In this document: positions 54,791 through 64,000 of the stretch, piece by piece
How the letters are laid out: each line of letters opens with the position of its first letter
Numbering within the stretch: the first letter of the stretch is position 1
Origin: Elusimicrobiota bacterium
GTDB lineage: Bacteria; Elusimicrobiota; Elusimicrobia; F11
Assembly (NCBI GenBank): GCA_046153645.1
Contig: JBJXGI010000034.1
Coordinates: 1-64,000, forward strand
DNA length: 64,000 nucleotides
Reading direction: 5' to 3'
Notes under the pieces: model-generated
Told to the model about the DNA's origin: nothing
Database searches by the model: none
Seen by the model: the letters and a program-made list of their open reading frames with translations, nothing else
Program-made: the position numbers and the translations under genes

Positions 54791-55701
54791 AAAACATGAA
54801 AAGAAATATTTTATTGATGGTCCTTGGTTTTATGCCCTTACAAGTGAAGGCCGAAGCTGTAGCACAGGTTCTCGGGTTAGGTGCCGGAGCGCGTGCAGCT
54901 GGAATGGGAGAGGCTTTTTCATCGGTGGCCAATGATGCGAGTGCGATTTATTGGAACCCGGCGGGAACACTGTTGGTTCGATCAGCTTCTATTGTTCTTA
55001 TGCATGCTGCGTATTTTGATTCGACGTCATATGATTATGCGGCGTTCGTCAAATCAAACCAAAAACGAGCTTTTGGGGCCTCTGTTCAATATCTTTCTTA
55101 TGGGGATATCCAAAAGACAGACAACACCACAACATCAATTGGAAGTTTTACTCCGAACGATTTGGTCGCAACTGTTTCTTTGTCTCAGCAATTGCCTTTT
55201 ATTTCTTTAGGTGTATCAGGGAAATATATTCAATCTAAAATTATTGATTCTGCCTCTACTTTCGCCGGTGACATAGGACTATTAACCAAACGTTATGGGA
55301 ATAATAAAATCCGTCATGCTCTGACCGTTTCAAATCTTGGTGGAACCTTAAAATTCGATTCCGTTTCAGAAGATTTGCCCATTATTTATCGTTTTGGAAA
55401 TGCCCTTTATATAAAAGAATCTTGGGTCTTGTCCGTGGATGGGATAAGGAATGAAGATAAAAACGTCATCGCTTTTGGCACTGAAATTATTCAGACTGCG
55501 TCTAACGGATGGCGAATGATGGGACGGGCCGGTTATAACACTCAATACAAAGACGCCGGAAGTGGCGCGGGTTTGAGTTTCGGTTTAGGAATCGGGATAA
55601 ACAGTTTTAACATCAACTACGCCTTTGCCCCCTTCGGAGATTTGGGAGACAGTCATAAATTTGCCATCGGTTGGGATTTCGGGAAATACGTTAGATCTTA
55701 A
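54787..55701 (+). CDS. PorV/PorQ-family outer-membrane beta-barrel
   Basis: GARAAGMGEAF, DASAIYWNPAG, YAFAPFGDLGDSH. Confidence 0.85.
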   Translation: MKNMKRNILLMVLGFMPLQVKAEAVAQVLGLGAGARAAGMGEAFSSVANDASAIYWNPAGTLLVRSASIVLMHAAYFDSTSYDYAAFVKSNQKRAFGASVQYLSYGDIQKTDNTTTSIGSFTPNDLVATVSLSQQLPFISLGVSGKYIQSKIIDSASTFAGDIGLLTKRYGNNKIRHALTVSNLGGTLKFDSVSEDLPIIYRFGNALYIKESWVLSVDGIRNEDKNVIAFGTEIIQTASNGWRMMGRAGYNTQYKDAGSGAGLSFGLGIGINSFNINYAFAPFGDLGDSHKFAIGWDFGKYVRS

Positions 55702-56011
55702 TTTGAATAAGTTTTTTTTCTTGCATTGTTTCGAGTTCAGAGAGAATTTTTGGAGCAAGAGATTTCAAATCGGTAAGACGATTGGATTTTGAATGCAAAA
55801 TGAACACTACGATTTTAAAGCGAGGAAGGTTTTGCTGGAAAGACATATTACTATCAACTGTGATAAAAACGTCAAATTCTTTTTCCATTAAAGCCAATAA
55901 CTTTCCATTTTTTATGCCAGCCCACATCATCTGTGGGACGGTTCGAACATAATGCCCTTTGAGATCTTTGGCAAAGCGACGATCTATGCATTCATCCAGC
56001 AGCAGTTTCAC
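55691..56011 (-). CDS. DUF5615 PIN-like toxin (VapC45-like)
   Basis: MKLLLDECI...W.GIKNG.LL...FDVFITVD.N..FQQNL. Paired with a DUF433 gene. Confidence 0.85.
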   Translation of the reverse strand: MKLLLDECIDRRFAKDLKGHYVRTVPQMMWAGIKNGKLLALMEKEFDVFITVDSNMSFQQNLPRFKIVVFILHSKSNRLTDLKSLAPKILSELETMQEKKLIQIKI

Positions 56012-56012
56012 T

Positions 56013-56234
56013 CTAAGCTGCTTTCCCTATCATTCTCTTTTTTGCTTCCTCAAGGAATGCGATGACGTGTTTTCGTTTCACGGTGGGGAACCCATCCAGG
56101 AAATCGTCAATCGAGTTTCCCGCTTCAAGATAGTCGATGAATGTCTGAATTGGAACCCTGGTACCAGAAAAGACTGGCGTGCCACCCATGACTTCTGCTG
56201 TAGAAGAGATAATTTTATTTTTCATAATGATCAT
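56013..56234 (-). CDS. DUF433 antitoxin (VapB45-like)
   Basis: VMGGTPVFSGTRVPI...YLEAG.SIDDFL..FPTV. Confidence 0.9.
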   Translation of the reverse strand: MIIMKNKIISSTAEVMGGTPVFSGTRVPIQTFIDYLEAGNSIDDFLDGFPTVKRKHVIAFLEEAKKRMIGKAA

Positions 56235-56392
56235 TATGCTTGATATGTGCCACCCTTATCAAGAGGCAGCATCACCAATTGAGCCAAGAAAAGGAGGGGG
56301 CAAGTTGCCCTATGCCCCGTGTCTATTTAACGCTAAAGTAACACAGTTGTTTAAACCTCGACTATTTTAAAGTAGTACTTTCAAATAGTCAC

Positions 56393-56518
56393 ATGTATTT
56401 AGAAAGAGGGTTAATTCAGACTCTTAGAAGCGCATTACGTTTTTTTCCTGCTCTCGTTTTAATAGGGCCACGGCAATCAGGGAAAATGACTATAGGCTGT
56501 CATTGGACTCAGATTTAA
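56393..56518 (+). pseudogene. N-terminal remnant of an AAA+ ATPase (AAA_14/DUF4143-type)
   Basis: My translation MYLERGLIQTLRSALRFFPALVLIGPRQSGKMTIGCHWTQI* has a Walker A (GPRQSGK) and stops right after it. Confidence 0.65.
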
Positions 56519-56535
56519 TTTCATAGTTCTTTTGT

Positions 56536-56565
56536 TTGACAATCTCCGTCGGGTGCTGATACAAT
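56536..56565 (+). promoter_or_regulatory. Sigma70-type promoter of the scpAB operon
   Basis: TTGACA (56536-41), 18 bp spacer, TACAAT (56560-65) with an extended TG; 12 bp before the scpA ATG. Confidence 0.65.
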
Positions 56566-56577
56566 GGGGCCGCGCCA

Positions 56578-57303
56578 ATGACATATCAAGTTAAAATTCA
56601 AATATTTGAAGGTCCTTTAGATCTCCTTCTCCATCTCATCCAAAAAAATGATCTCGATATTTATGATATTCCTATATCGGAAATCACAAAAGAGTACTTA
56701 AACTATTTAGAAGTGCTTCAAGAGTTAAACCTTAACGTGGCTGGTGAGTTTTTGGTGATGGCCGCCACTTTGATGCAAATCAAAGCAAAAACTTTATTGC
56801 CGGTTGACCCTTCTCAGGAAGTTTCTGAAGGGCCAGATCCCAGGTCGGAACTCGTTCAAAAACTGATTGAATATCAAAAGTTTAAACAAGTTGCCTCACT
56901 CCTTGGCTCTAAGTTTGAAAATCAGCGTGATATTTTTTATCGCGGAACCCCCATTTTCACAAAAGATGATCAAACCCTCGATCTCAGCATGGCCAAGTTG
57001 TTGGAAGCTTTTAATTCCATTCTTAAAACAGCAGATACGAAAGTACGAGAAATTCTGGTTGAAGAGATTCCCGTTGAAGTCAGGATTCGCGAAATTATTG
57101 ATATTTTAGAATCCAAACCTTACATCACTTTTAAAGAGTTATTTCAGGAAGGTTCACCAAGAAAAGTTTTAATTGTTACTTTTCTGGCTTTGCTTGAACT
57201 TATTCGCCTTAAACAAATACAGGTATCTCAACCCACCAATTTTGGAGATATTCACATTCAGCGCGCACAGCAAGACTTAGAATTGTCCGCTCTGCCTGGT
57301 TAA
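56578..57303 (+). CDS. scpA: Segregation and condensation protein A
   Basis: FEGPLDLLLHLI, DIPI..IT..Y, FLVMAATL..IK, TFLALLEL. Confidence 0.95.
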   Translation: MTYQVKIQIFEGPLDLLLHLIQKNDLDIYDIPISEITKEYLNYLEVLQELNLNVAGEFLVMAATLMQIKAKTLLPVDPSQEVSEGPDPRSELVQKLIEYQKFKQVASLLGSKFENQRDIFYRGTPIFTKDDQTLDLSMAKLLEAFNSILKTADTKVREILVEEIPVEVRIREIIDILESKPYITFKELFQEGSPRKVLIVTFLALLELIRLKQIQVSQPTNFGDIHIQRAQQDLELSALPG

Positions 57304-57316
57304 TAGGAGAAAATAC

Positions 57317-58000
57317 ATGGAACGCGAACAAGCTCGCAAAACCATTGAGGCATTACTTTACATGGCTGATCACCCACTTCCAGAAACAGAAATTTCTGAA
57401 GTGATTGAATTAAAAGCTTATGATCCTCAGGAAGTAAGAAATATTATTACTGAGATTTCTCAAAAATTAGAAAGTGACGGCTCAGCTCTTCGAGTGGTGG
57501 AAGTGGCCGGTGGTTTTCAAATGGCCACTCAGCCAGATATGGCCCCTGCTATCCGCAAACTTTATAAAGAACGCTTAACGGTGAGATTATCACCTTCTTC
57601 CTTAGAAACCTTGGCTATTATTGCCTATAAACAACCCATTGCGCGGGGCGATATTGAACAAATTCGAGGGGTGGAAGTGGGCGGAGTGATGGAAACGCTT
57701 CTTGAAAGAAGACTGATCAAAGTTGTTGGTCGAAAAGAAACCATTGGTCGCCCGCTGTTATATGGGACAACACCTCATTTTCTCAAACATTTTGGATTAA
57801 AACATTTGGCTGAATTGCCCGATTTAAATTCATTGCCACTTTCTGAAGCGTTGGGGGGAACGTCTATTCCAGTTTCAGACGTAACTCCTGAAGAAATAAC
57901 CACAGATTCCGTAGATTCCGCTCAGGAATTAACAGAAGTTCCTGTCGTTGCCACTGAACCCGAAACAATCGTTCCAGAGGAAATAAAAACCGATGCCTGA
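57317..58000 (+). CDS. scpB: Segregation and condensation protein B
   Basis: IEALL, LETLAIIAYKQPI, IRGV, GRPLLYGTT..FL..FGL..L.ELP. Confidence 0.95.
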   Translation: MEREQARKTIEALLYMADHPLPETEISEVIELKAYDPQEVRNIITEISQKLESDGSALRVVEVAGGFQMATQPDMAPAIRKLYKERLTVRLSPSSLETLAIIAYKQPIARGDIEQIRGVEVGGVMETLLERRLIKVVGRKETIGRPLLYGTTPHFLKHFGLKHLAELPDLNSLPLSEALGGTSIPVSDVTPEEITTDSVDSAQELTEVPVVATEPETIVPEEIKTDA

Positions 58001-58994
58001 ATTAAGACGTGATCCTGTTATTGGTAGATGGGTTATTATTTCCGCCTCTCGAGGAAAAAGGCCCAATGGTTTCAATATCAATGAAGAAATTCAGCAAGGA
58101 GGGGCTTGTCCCTTTTGCCCAGGTCAAGAAGATCGAACACCAGCAGAAATTCTGGCCTACTATAACCCCGGTAGAGAAAAAAATAAGCCTGGTTGGTGGG
58201 TGAGAGTGGTTCCTAATAAATTTCCTGCCCTAGAAATAGAAGGAGATTTAAACCGCGCAGGTGAGGGAATGTACGACAAAATGAATGGGTTGGGCGCGCA
58301 TGAAGTTATCATCGAAACACCGAACCATGACCAAGCGTTACATGATTTAGATCAAAGTAAATTAGAAGATGTTTTTTGGGCTTATCGAGACAGAATTAGA
58401 GATCTCTCTAAAGATCCGCGTTTAGAATACATTCTTGTTTTTAAAAATCACGGTTCAGCCGCAGGTGCGAGTCTTAATCATTCTCATTCACAGCTGATTG
58501 CTATTCCCATGGTGCCCATTCGAATGAAACAAGAAGCCAAAGGGGCCTTATCTTATTTTGAATATAAAGAAAGATGTGTTTTCTGTGACATCATTAAGCA
58601 AGAATCTCAACAAGGGGTTAGAGTCGTAGCCCAGAATAAAGATTTTATTGCTTTTGCGCCATTCGCCAGTCGATATCCATTTGAAATTATGGTCATGCCA
58701 CTTCGTCATTCATCTGATTTCCAAGATATTGAAAAAAGTGAGGTTTCTAATCTCGCTTCTATGATGAAATTGGTTATGGGCAAACATCATAAGTTGTTAG
58801 ATAACCCACCCTTTAATTTTATTTTGCATACGGCTCCCGTTAAGAGTCCGAAACTAGCTCATTATCATTGGTATATTGAAATTGTCCCGAAGTTGACCAA
58901 ACAAGCGGGGTTTGAGCAAGGCAGTGGTTTTTATATCAACCCAACTCCACCAGAAGAAGCGGCTCAGTTCCTTCGTGAGACATCCTTCCCCTAA
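57993..58994 (+). CDS. galT: GalT-family (HIT superfamily) sugar-1-phosphate nucleotidyltransferase
   Basis: ELRRDP, CPFCPG, VVPNKFPAL, HEVIIE, GASLNHSHSQ. Its position next to glgA suggests an ADP-glucose-related role. Confidence 0.85.
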   Translation: MPELRRDPVIGRWVIISASRGKRPNGFNINEEIQQGGACPFCPGQEDRTPAEILAYYNPGREKNKPGWWVRVVPNKFPALEIEGDLNRAGEGMYDKMNGLGAHEVIIETPNHDQALHDLDQSKLEDVFWAYRDRIRDLSKDPRLEYILVFKNHGSAAGASLNHSHSQLIAIPMVPIRMKQEAKGALSYFEYKERCVFCDIIKQESQQGVRVVAQNKDFIAFAPFASRYPFEIMVMPLRHSSDFQDIEKSEVSNLASMMKLVMGKHHKLLDNPPFNFILHTAPVKSPKLAHYHWYIEIVPKLTKQAGFEQGSGFYINPTPPEEAAQFLRETSFP

Positions 58995-59003
58995 ACTTCA
59001 ATC

Positions 59004-60473
59004 GTGAATATCTTAATGGCCGCCAGCGAAGCGGTTCCTTTCTGTAAAACGGGGGGATTAGCCGATGTTGTTGGTGCTTTAGCACAAGTCATGGCAGACC
59101 GCGGTCACTCTGTTACGTTGGTCATCCCTTTTTATCGATCCATTAAGAATCAATTTTCCTCCATCAAAGACACCTCTGTTCGTTTTCAAGTCCCCACGGG
59201 AAATATGATGCGATTTGTAAAAGTGTTTGAATTGCCTTCTCCTCATCCACAATTGAGATATTTATTGATTGGTCACAACGACTTTTTTGATCGTGAGGGT
59301 ATTTATAATGATTCTCATCACGAGTCTTTTGGTGATAATCATTTGCGATACGCATTTTTTTCTCGCGCTGTTTTAGAGTTGGCTAAAGCGATCAAATTTA
59401 CGCCGGATGTCATTCATGTTCACGATTGGCAAACAGGTCTTCTCCCTTGTTATTTAAAATCCATTTACAAAAATGATGAATTCTTTCGGAAAACCGCGAC
59501 TTTGTTTTCAATTCATAACATGGCCTATCAAGGAAATTATCCAGATTGGGTTTTGCCTCAAATAGGAATTCCTTGGAGCGAATATACGATGTCAGGAGTC
59601 GAGTTTTATAACAAAGTAAGTTATCTGAAATCTGGAGTGGTATATTCCGACGCAATAAATACAGTAAGTCCTCATTACGCGCAAGAAGTACAAACCAGCG
59701 CTGAGTTTGGTTGTGGCTTGGAAGGAGTTCTGTCTCATCGAAGTGAATATTTTAAAGGGATTTTAAATGGATTAGATGTGAATTATTGGAATCCTTCTAC
59801 AGATAAAAATATTTCTGCTCATTATTCATCTCATGATCTCATGGAGAGGGATTTATGTAAAAAAGATTTACAGAGTCATTGCGGATTGCCAAATGATTTC
59901 TCGGTTCCTCTCTTAGGGTTCGTTGGTCGAATGGAAAACCAAAAAGGCGTAGATACACTTATTGATTTGGCCCCGCAATTTCTTAAAAATGGTTGCCAAT
60001 TTGTGGCGCTTGGGCAAGGGCAAAGAGACTATTTAAATGCGTTACGTCATTTGCAGTTTCAATATCCGCTTCAAGTTCGCTTGATTGATGGTTTTGCCGA
60101 AACGGTCGCGCATAAAATTTATGCGGGTTCTGATTTGTTTTTAATGCCCTCTCGATATGAACCCTGTGGATTGGGGCAGATGATCGCGATGCGTTATGGC
60201 TCACTTCCTGTTGTGACTCCTGTGGGCGGATTGGTTGACACAGTTGTGTCCTATAAAAATAAAAAAGGAAATGGGTTTATTGCACAGAGCAATACACCCG
60301 GTTCATTTTTAAATGCTATTCAAGAGGCGTTTTCTCTTTGGAAAGATAAAAAATCTTGGGCAAAAATACAGAAAAATGCAATGAGAGTAAACTTTTCTTG
60401 GGATCATTCAGCGCAGGAATATGAAAAATTTTATGAGAAAGCCCTTCGGTGGAATTTTGAATCCAAAATCTAA
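59004..60473 (+). CDS. glgA: Glycogen synthase
   Basis: KTGGLADV, HDWQ, HNMAYQG, MPSRYEPCGLGQM. Confidence 0.95.
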   Translation: MNILMAASEAVPFCKTGGLADVVGALAQVMADRGHSVTLVIPFYRSIKNQFSSIKDTSVRFQVPTGNMMRFVKVFELPSPHPQLRYLLIGHNDFFDREGIYNDSHHESFGDNHLRYAFFSRAVLELAKAIKFTPDVIHVHDWQTGLLPCYLKSIYKNDEFFRKTATLFSIHNMAYQGNYPDWVLPQIGIPWSEYTMSGVEFYNKVSYLKSGVVYSDAINTVSPHYAQEVQTSAEFGCGLEGVLSHRSEYFKGILNGLDVNYWNPSTDKNISAHYSSHDLMERDLCKKDLQSHCGLPNDFSVPLLGFVGRMENQKGVDTLIDLAPQFLKNGCQFVALGQGQRDYLNALRHLQFQYPLQVRLIDGFAETVAHKIYAGSDLFLMPSRYEPCGLGQMIAMRYGSLPVVTPVGGLVDTVVSYKNKKGNGFIAQSNTPGSFLNAIQEAFSLWKDKKSWAKIQKNAMRVNFSWDHSAQEYEKFYEKALRWNFESKI

Positions 60474-61998
60474 AAATTTCCGTTTTTTTCCTGTTATTTT
60501 AAGTACTTATTTCTTAGTTATTATTTTTTCTCTTTTTTCCTTAAGTCCCTTATTAAAAATGAAATGGGACCTTGAAGAAAAAGGACGGCCTGTAGCCCTA
60601 GCAGTGGATGGAAGTCAGTTGAATATTCTTCGGGCGAGATATTCCGTTGAACCTGAGTGGAATGACGTATTGTCTGTTTTATATTTGAAAAATTACCGAT
60701 ATGTTGTTTTTTCATCTGAAGAACAAAGTGAGCGCATCAAATCTTTCCGAGATAATAAATTCAGAGTTATTTGGAAGATAAACCACGAAACAAAAATCAA
60801 TGAATTTAAAGAGCAATTTCAACATGGTGATGGATTATTTTCGATTGATGTGGGCGCGCCTGGTTATCCCTTTCAAATGGAAGAATTTTCTCAATTATTG
60901 ATAAGTCAGAATGGTTTTTCTCCAAATTTTGAATTTTTTCCCCAAAAAGGTCGCGTTTTATGGAATGAAAAAGGACCTTTCGGTGTCAAAGCGCATATTT
61001 TGCCATCAGAAGAAATGTTTTCAAATCAAGAAAATATTTGGAAAGCACGCATTCAGAGAGCGGTTGATCAAAGATGGGTCCAGTTGGTCTACGTTCAGTG
61101 TAGTCCTGTTCTTGATTTTCATTCCAATGTTTGGTTTCTTATGGATATAGCAAAGGTACTTGAAGAAAAAAAGTTTGTGGTGGGGGCCATCAATTTAAAG
61201 CCTGTTTCTTTTGGAAGGATATTACCTCGCATTTCTGAGTCTATCGAAATAACCATTCGTCATATTTTAATTTTGGTCGTTTCCGTATTGACGGCGATTT
61301 TGGGCATTGTTTTTGTAAAAAAGACGATGTTATCTCCTTTTTTTTCTTATCTTTTTATTTTTCTGTTAACTTTGTTTTCTGGATTATTAATTCAGGCTTT
61401 GGGAACCATGGATTGTTTTATTTATGGAGTTTTTTCAATGAGAGCTGTAAAATTACAACTGATTTTGCCGATAATAATAGGGAGTACACTGTTGATTTCA
61501 AAAGAAGGAATGATTTCTTTTTTAAACAAACCGCTCAAAAGAGCTGATGTTTTGTTGTTAATAGGCATGCTTGGAGTACTGGGAGTATATTTAATGAGAA
61601 GCGGGAATAACCCCATTGTTGTGGCTTCAACGCTGGAGAAATACGTGAGAGATTTTCTTGATTCTCTCATGGGTGCCCGTCCGAGATTTAAAGAGTTTTT
61701 GATTGGTTACCCTTCGTTGGTCGTTGCGTTGTTTCTGAAAAATAAAGAAATGGGAAGGTCATTCATTTTTAGATATGAGTTTTGGCTGGTATTAAGTCTT
61801 ATTGGAGTTGTTTCAACAATGAATACATTCACTCATTTTCATACTCCATTACGGTTTTCAATATTACGATCAGTTCATGGCGCGTGGTTAGGCCTCGTCT
61901 TGGGGTGGCTCATGTGTTCTGCCCTTAATTATTTTTTTCCCTCGGTTTCTGGCTCACCACGCGTTCCCACGCGATTAAGAAGGAAAAAAATTCTATGA
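60421..61998 (+). CDS. DUF5693-like polytopic membrane protein
   Basis: YLMRSGN, RPRFKEFLIGYP, NTFTHFHTP. Adjacent to csaB. Exact start uncertain. Confidence 0.7.
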   Translation: MKNFMRKPFGGILNPKSKNFRFFPVILSTYFLVIIFSLFSLSPLLKMKWDLEEKGRPVALAVDGSQLNILRARYSVEPEWNDVLSVLYLKNYRYVVFSSEEQSERIKSFRDNKFRVIWKINHETKINEFKEQFQHGDGLFSIDVGAPGYPFQMEEFSQLLISQNGFSPNFEFFPQKGRVLWNEKGPFGVKAHILPSEEMFSNQENIWKARIQRAVDQRWVQLVYVQCSPVLDFHSNVWFLMDIAKVLEEKKFVVGAINLKPVSFGRILPRISESIEITIRHILILVVSVLTAILGIVFVKKTMLSPFFSYLFIFLLTLFSGLLIQALGTMDCFIYGVFSMRAVKLQLILPIIIGSTLLISKEGMISFLNKPLKRADVLLLIGMLGVLGVYLMRSGNNPIVVASTLEKYVRDFLDSLMGARPRFKEFLIGYPSLVVALFLKNKEMGRSFIFRYEFWLVLSLIGVVSTMNTFTHFHTPLRFSILRSVHGAWLGLVLGWLMCSALNYFFPSVSGSPRVPTRLRRKKIL

Positions 61999-63053
61999 CT
62001 TCAAAACCAAGATTCGTTATTTGTGGATATTATGGATTTGAAAATTTAGGTGATGAGCTTATTTTGAATTCCATTATTGGTCAGTTAAAAGGGCAATTTA
62101 AGAATTGCGAGATAAGAGTTTTATCTCACATGGCTCAGTTAACCGAAAAGAAACACCAAGTCAAAACAATTAATCGTTGGAATTTATTTCAGGTCCTAAA
62201 AGCGCTTTGGTGGGGAGATGTTTTTCTTTTTGGTGGGGGAGGTTTGTTTCAAAATGAGACCTCGAATAGATCACTCCTTTATTACCTTACTCTTTTGGGC
62301 TTAGGTAAATTAATTTGTGGTCGGGTTTGGATTTATGCTTTAGGTGTTGAAAAAATAAACGGGTTATACTGGGATAAAATCATTAAATTTCTTTTAAACG
62401 GAGATAAGGTCTATATTTCAGTAAGAGATCAAGAATCCAGTGACTTGTTAGTTCAAATGGGTATTCCTGGAGAGAAAATTCATCTGGTCAATGACCCTGT
62501 TTTTTTATCACCTATATCAGCTCCCCAAATAGTTCGATACGGAACCCCAGGGCATCAGATTTTATTTGTTCCTCGATTTCCCTGCCCCCCTGAAGGCCGT
62601 GCGATGTACCAAAATATTATTCGAATTTTATCTCTTAAAAAAATTGACGCCAAAGTTTCCTTGTTTCATCCTTCTGTTGAGGAAATTCATGCTCAGGCTC
62701 CCGAGTGGTCTATGCTTGAAAAAATTTCTTTAGATTCGTCTATTCGATTTTCATTTGAAAAAATTTCAAACGAAGTTCAAAAGTTTGATTGGATTATTAG
62801 CACGCGTTTTCACGCTCTTGTTTTAGCCGCCATTCATGGGAAGCCTTTTATTGGTTTGGGTAATCCTCATAAAGTTGCCAGAATTTGCAGGCAATTTCAA
62901 ATGCCCTTCTTAGGATGGGACTCTTCTTGGGAATCGCTTGTTGCTGCGATGGAAAAAATCGATGCCATGCGAGTTTCTCCCGCTCAGGCAAGTGAAATGA
63001 TATCCAGAGTGGGATCTATGCCAAAAATTCCCAATTTTTTAATTAAGAATTGA
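61995..63053 (+). CDS. csaB: Polysaccharide pyruvyl transferase CsaB-like
   Basis: GYYGFENLGDE, GGGGLFQNETS.RSL.YY, SVRD..S, RFHA. Confidence 0.85.
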   Translation: MTSKPRFVICGYYGFENLGDELILNSIIGQLKGQFKNCEIRVLSHMAQLTEKKHQVKTINRWNLFQVLKALWWGDVFLFGGGGLFQNETSNRSLLYYLTLLGLGKLICGRVWIYALGVEKINGLYWDKIIKFLLNGDKVYISVRDQESSDLLVQMGIPGEKIHLVNDPVFLSPISAPQIVRYGTPGHQILFVPRFPCPPEGRAMYQNIIRILSLKKIDAKVSLFHPSVEEIHAQAPEWSMLEKISLDSSIRFSFEKISNEVQKFDWIISTRFHALVLAAIHGKPFIGLGNPHKVARICRQFQMPFLGWDSSWESLVAAMEKIDAMRVSPAQASEMISRVGSMPKIPNFLIKN

Positions 63054-63067
63054 TATGATTTTAGTTA

Positions 63068-63826
63068 ATGACAACAAAACATCCTTTTTTCTCTCGTGCC
63101 GACTTTTTTTCATTTTCATTTATCTTCTTCTCATTGGGTGGAATTCTAGCGGGTTTTCTTTCTTTTGAAAGAAAGCTTGAAAAAGAAATTTCACACTCAA
63201 GTCGTTCATTGTATTGGTTGGTTCCTGTCCGAGGTTCTCAAGTGGAAATCGATGAGGTGGGTCGTTTTTTAAGCCAGCTCAATGGTATTAAAAACGTTGA
63301 TTTTCAATCATCGGAAGAAATTAAACAAGAATTACAGAAAGACCCGCTTTTGCGAAAAGAGCTTGAAGGAGTTTCACCTCAAGCTCTTCCTATGACTTGG
63401 AAAATTAATTGGGAGAGTCGTTTCCTATCTAAAGAGAACATTAAAAAAAATACCCAAGAAATTTTGGAGTTTCCTGGGGTTTTAGATGTGGCATTTAATG
63501 TGAGCGCTATTGAAAACTTTAGAAGTTTTCAGTTTTTATTAACACAGTTTCAGATCGTTGCAAGTTTTTCTTTGGTCTTAATTGTTTTGTTATTTAGTTT
63601 TTCTCTGGGAAATATGTTTATCCGAGAAACTTATAATAAAGTTCCGCTAAAAGATATTTTTAAAAGTGCCATTTTTTCTTTTTTTGGTTGGGGTTTAGGT
63701 TTTTTTGTGTCTTCAATGGTTTTTCATGAAAATGTAGTTCATTACCTCATTTCTTTTTTATTGTTTTTTCCTGTTGTTTTGTTGGTTGTCATTAATTTTA
63801 ATCAGAAAAAACTCAAATCAATCTGA
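63068..63826 (+). CDS. FtsX-like cell-division permease (divergent)
   Basis: TM, extracytoplasmic domain (GIKNVDFQSSEE...LP...PGVLDV), then three TMs. Followed by an EnvC-like ORF. Confidence 0.55.
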   Translation: MTTKHPFFSRADFFSFSFIFFSLGGILAGFLSFERKLEKEISHSSRSLYWLVPVRGSQVEIDEVGRFLSQLNGIKNVDFQSSEEIKQELQKDPLLRKELEGVSPQALPMTWKINWESRFLSKENIKKNTQEILEFPGVLDVAFNVSAIENFRSFQFLLTQFQIVASFSLVLIVLLFSFSLGNMFIRETYNKVPLKDIFKSAIFSFFGWGLGFFVSSMVFHENVVHYLISFLLFFPVVLLVVINFNQKKLKSI

Positions 63827-63834
63827 ATGTCTAT

Positions 63835-64000
63835 ATGAAAAAATTTTTCTTCCTTTTTTTTCTTTTCATTTCTTTTGTCGATTTTTCTTTCGCTACTAAA
63901 GCTGCTGTTGAAATAAAATATAAGTCGAGAGATTTGAATAAAGTTAAAGAAGCATTAAATAAAAAGAAGCAAGAGCGTGAACAACTTCAAAAAGAAACTC
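63835..64000 (+). CDS. Exported coiled-coil protein, probably EnvC-like, 3'-truncated by window edge
   Basis: My translation MKKFFFLFFLFISFVDFSFATKAAVEIKYKSRDLNKVKEALNKKKQEREQLQKET is a signal peptide plus coiled coil, downstream of the ftsX-like gene. Confidence 0.5.
   Translation, partial: MKKFFFLFFLFISFVDFSFATKAAVEIKYKSRDLNKVKEALNKKKQEREQLQKET

Overview
Low-GC (roughly 35-40% by eye) chromosomal window from a diderm bacterium. It has LPS-heptose hldD, pilT, a PorV-like barrel plus a CTD-bearing cargo, and giant proteins; Elusimicrobiota or a similar lineage is my inference only. Housekeeping content: nadK, fused indolepyruvate oxidoreductase, nadD-yqeK-LCP, proA, acnA, rsfS-argS, a biotin operon with embedded fabG/fabF-like genes, two diguanylate cyclases, scpAB, galT-glgA, csaB, ftsX and two tRNA-Leu genes. 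The standout is three paralogous giant genes of 1.8-2.3 kaa (4299-9779, 9946-15405, 23297-30118). They share a signal peptide, a ~550-aa EreA/ChaN/TIKI-like N-terminal domain and CPBP/Rce1-like membrane modules (E..R / F..H / HxxxN), but carry different cargo. Protein 1 has a sigma70 core plus five extra sigma-region-4 HTHs between two protease-like modules. Protein 2 has a beta-propeller, an M23 peptidase and a GNAT-like domain. Protein 3 has a NUDIX-like domain and unknown domains in a GC-rich gene. All three have the same TTAC/TTAA tandem-box motif 59-60 bp upstream of the ATG. Also present: an NfrA/NfrB-like c-di-GMP glycan pair, a duplicated tRNA-Leu interrupted by two hairpins next to a GIY-YIG pseudogene, a CGTC-type palindromic element and several gene remnants. 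All family assignments come from motif recognition by eye, not database searches.
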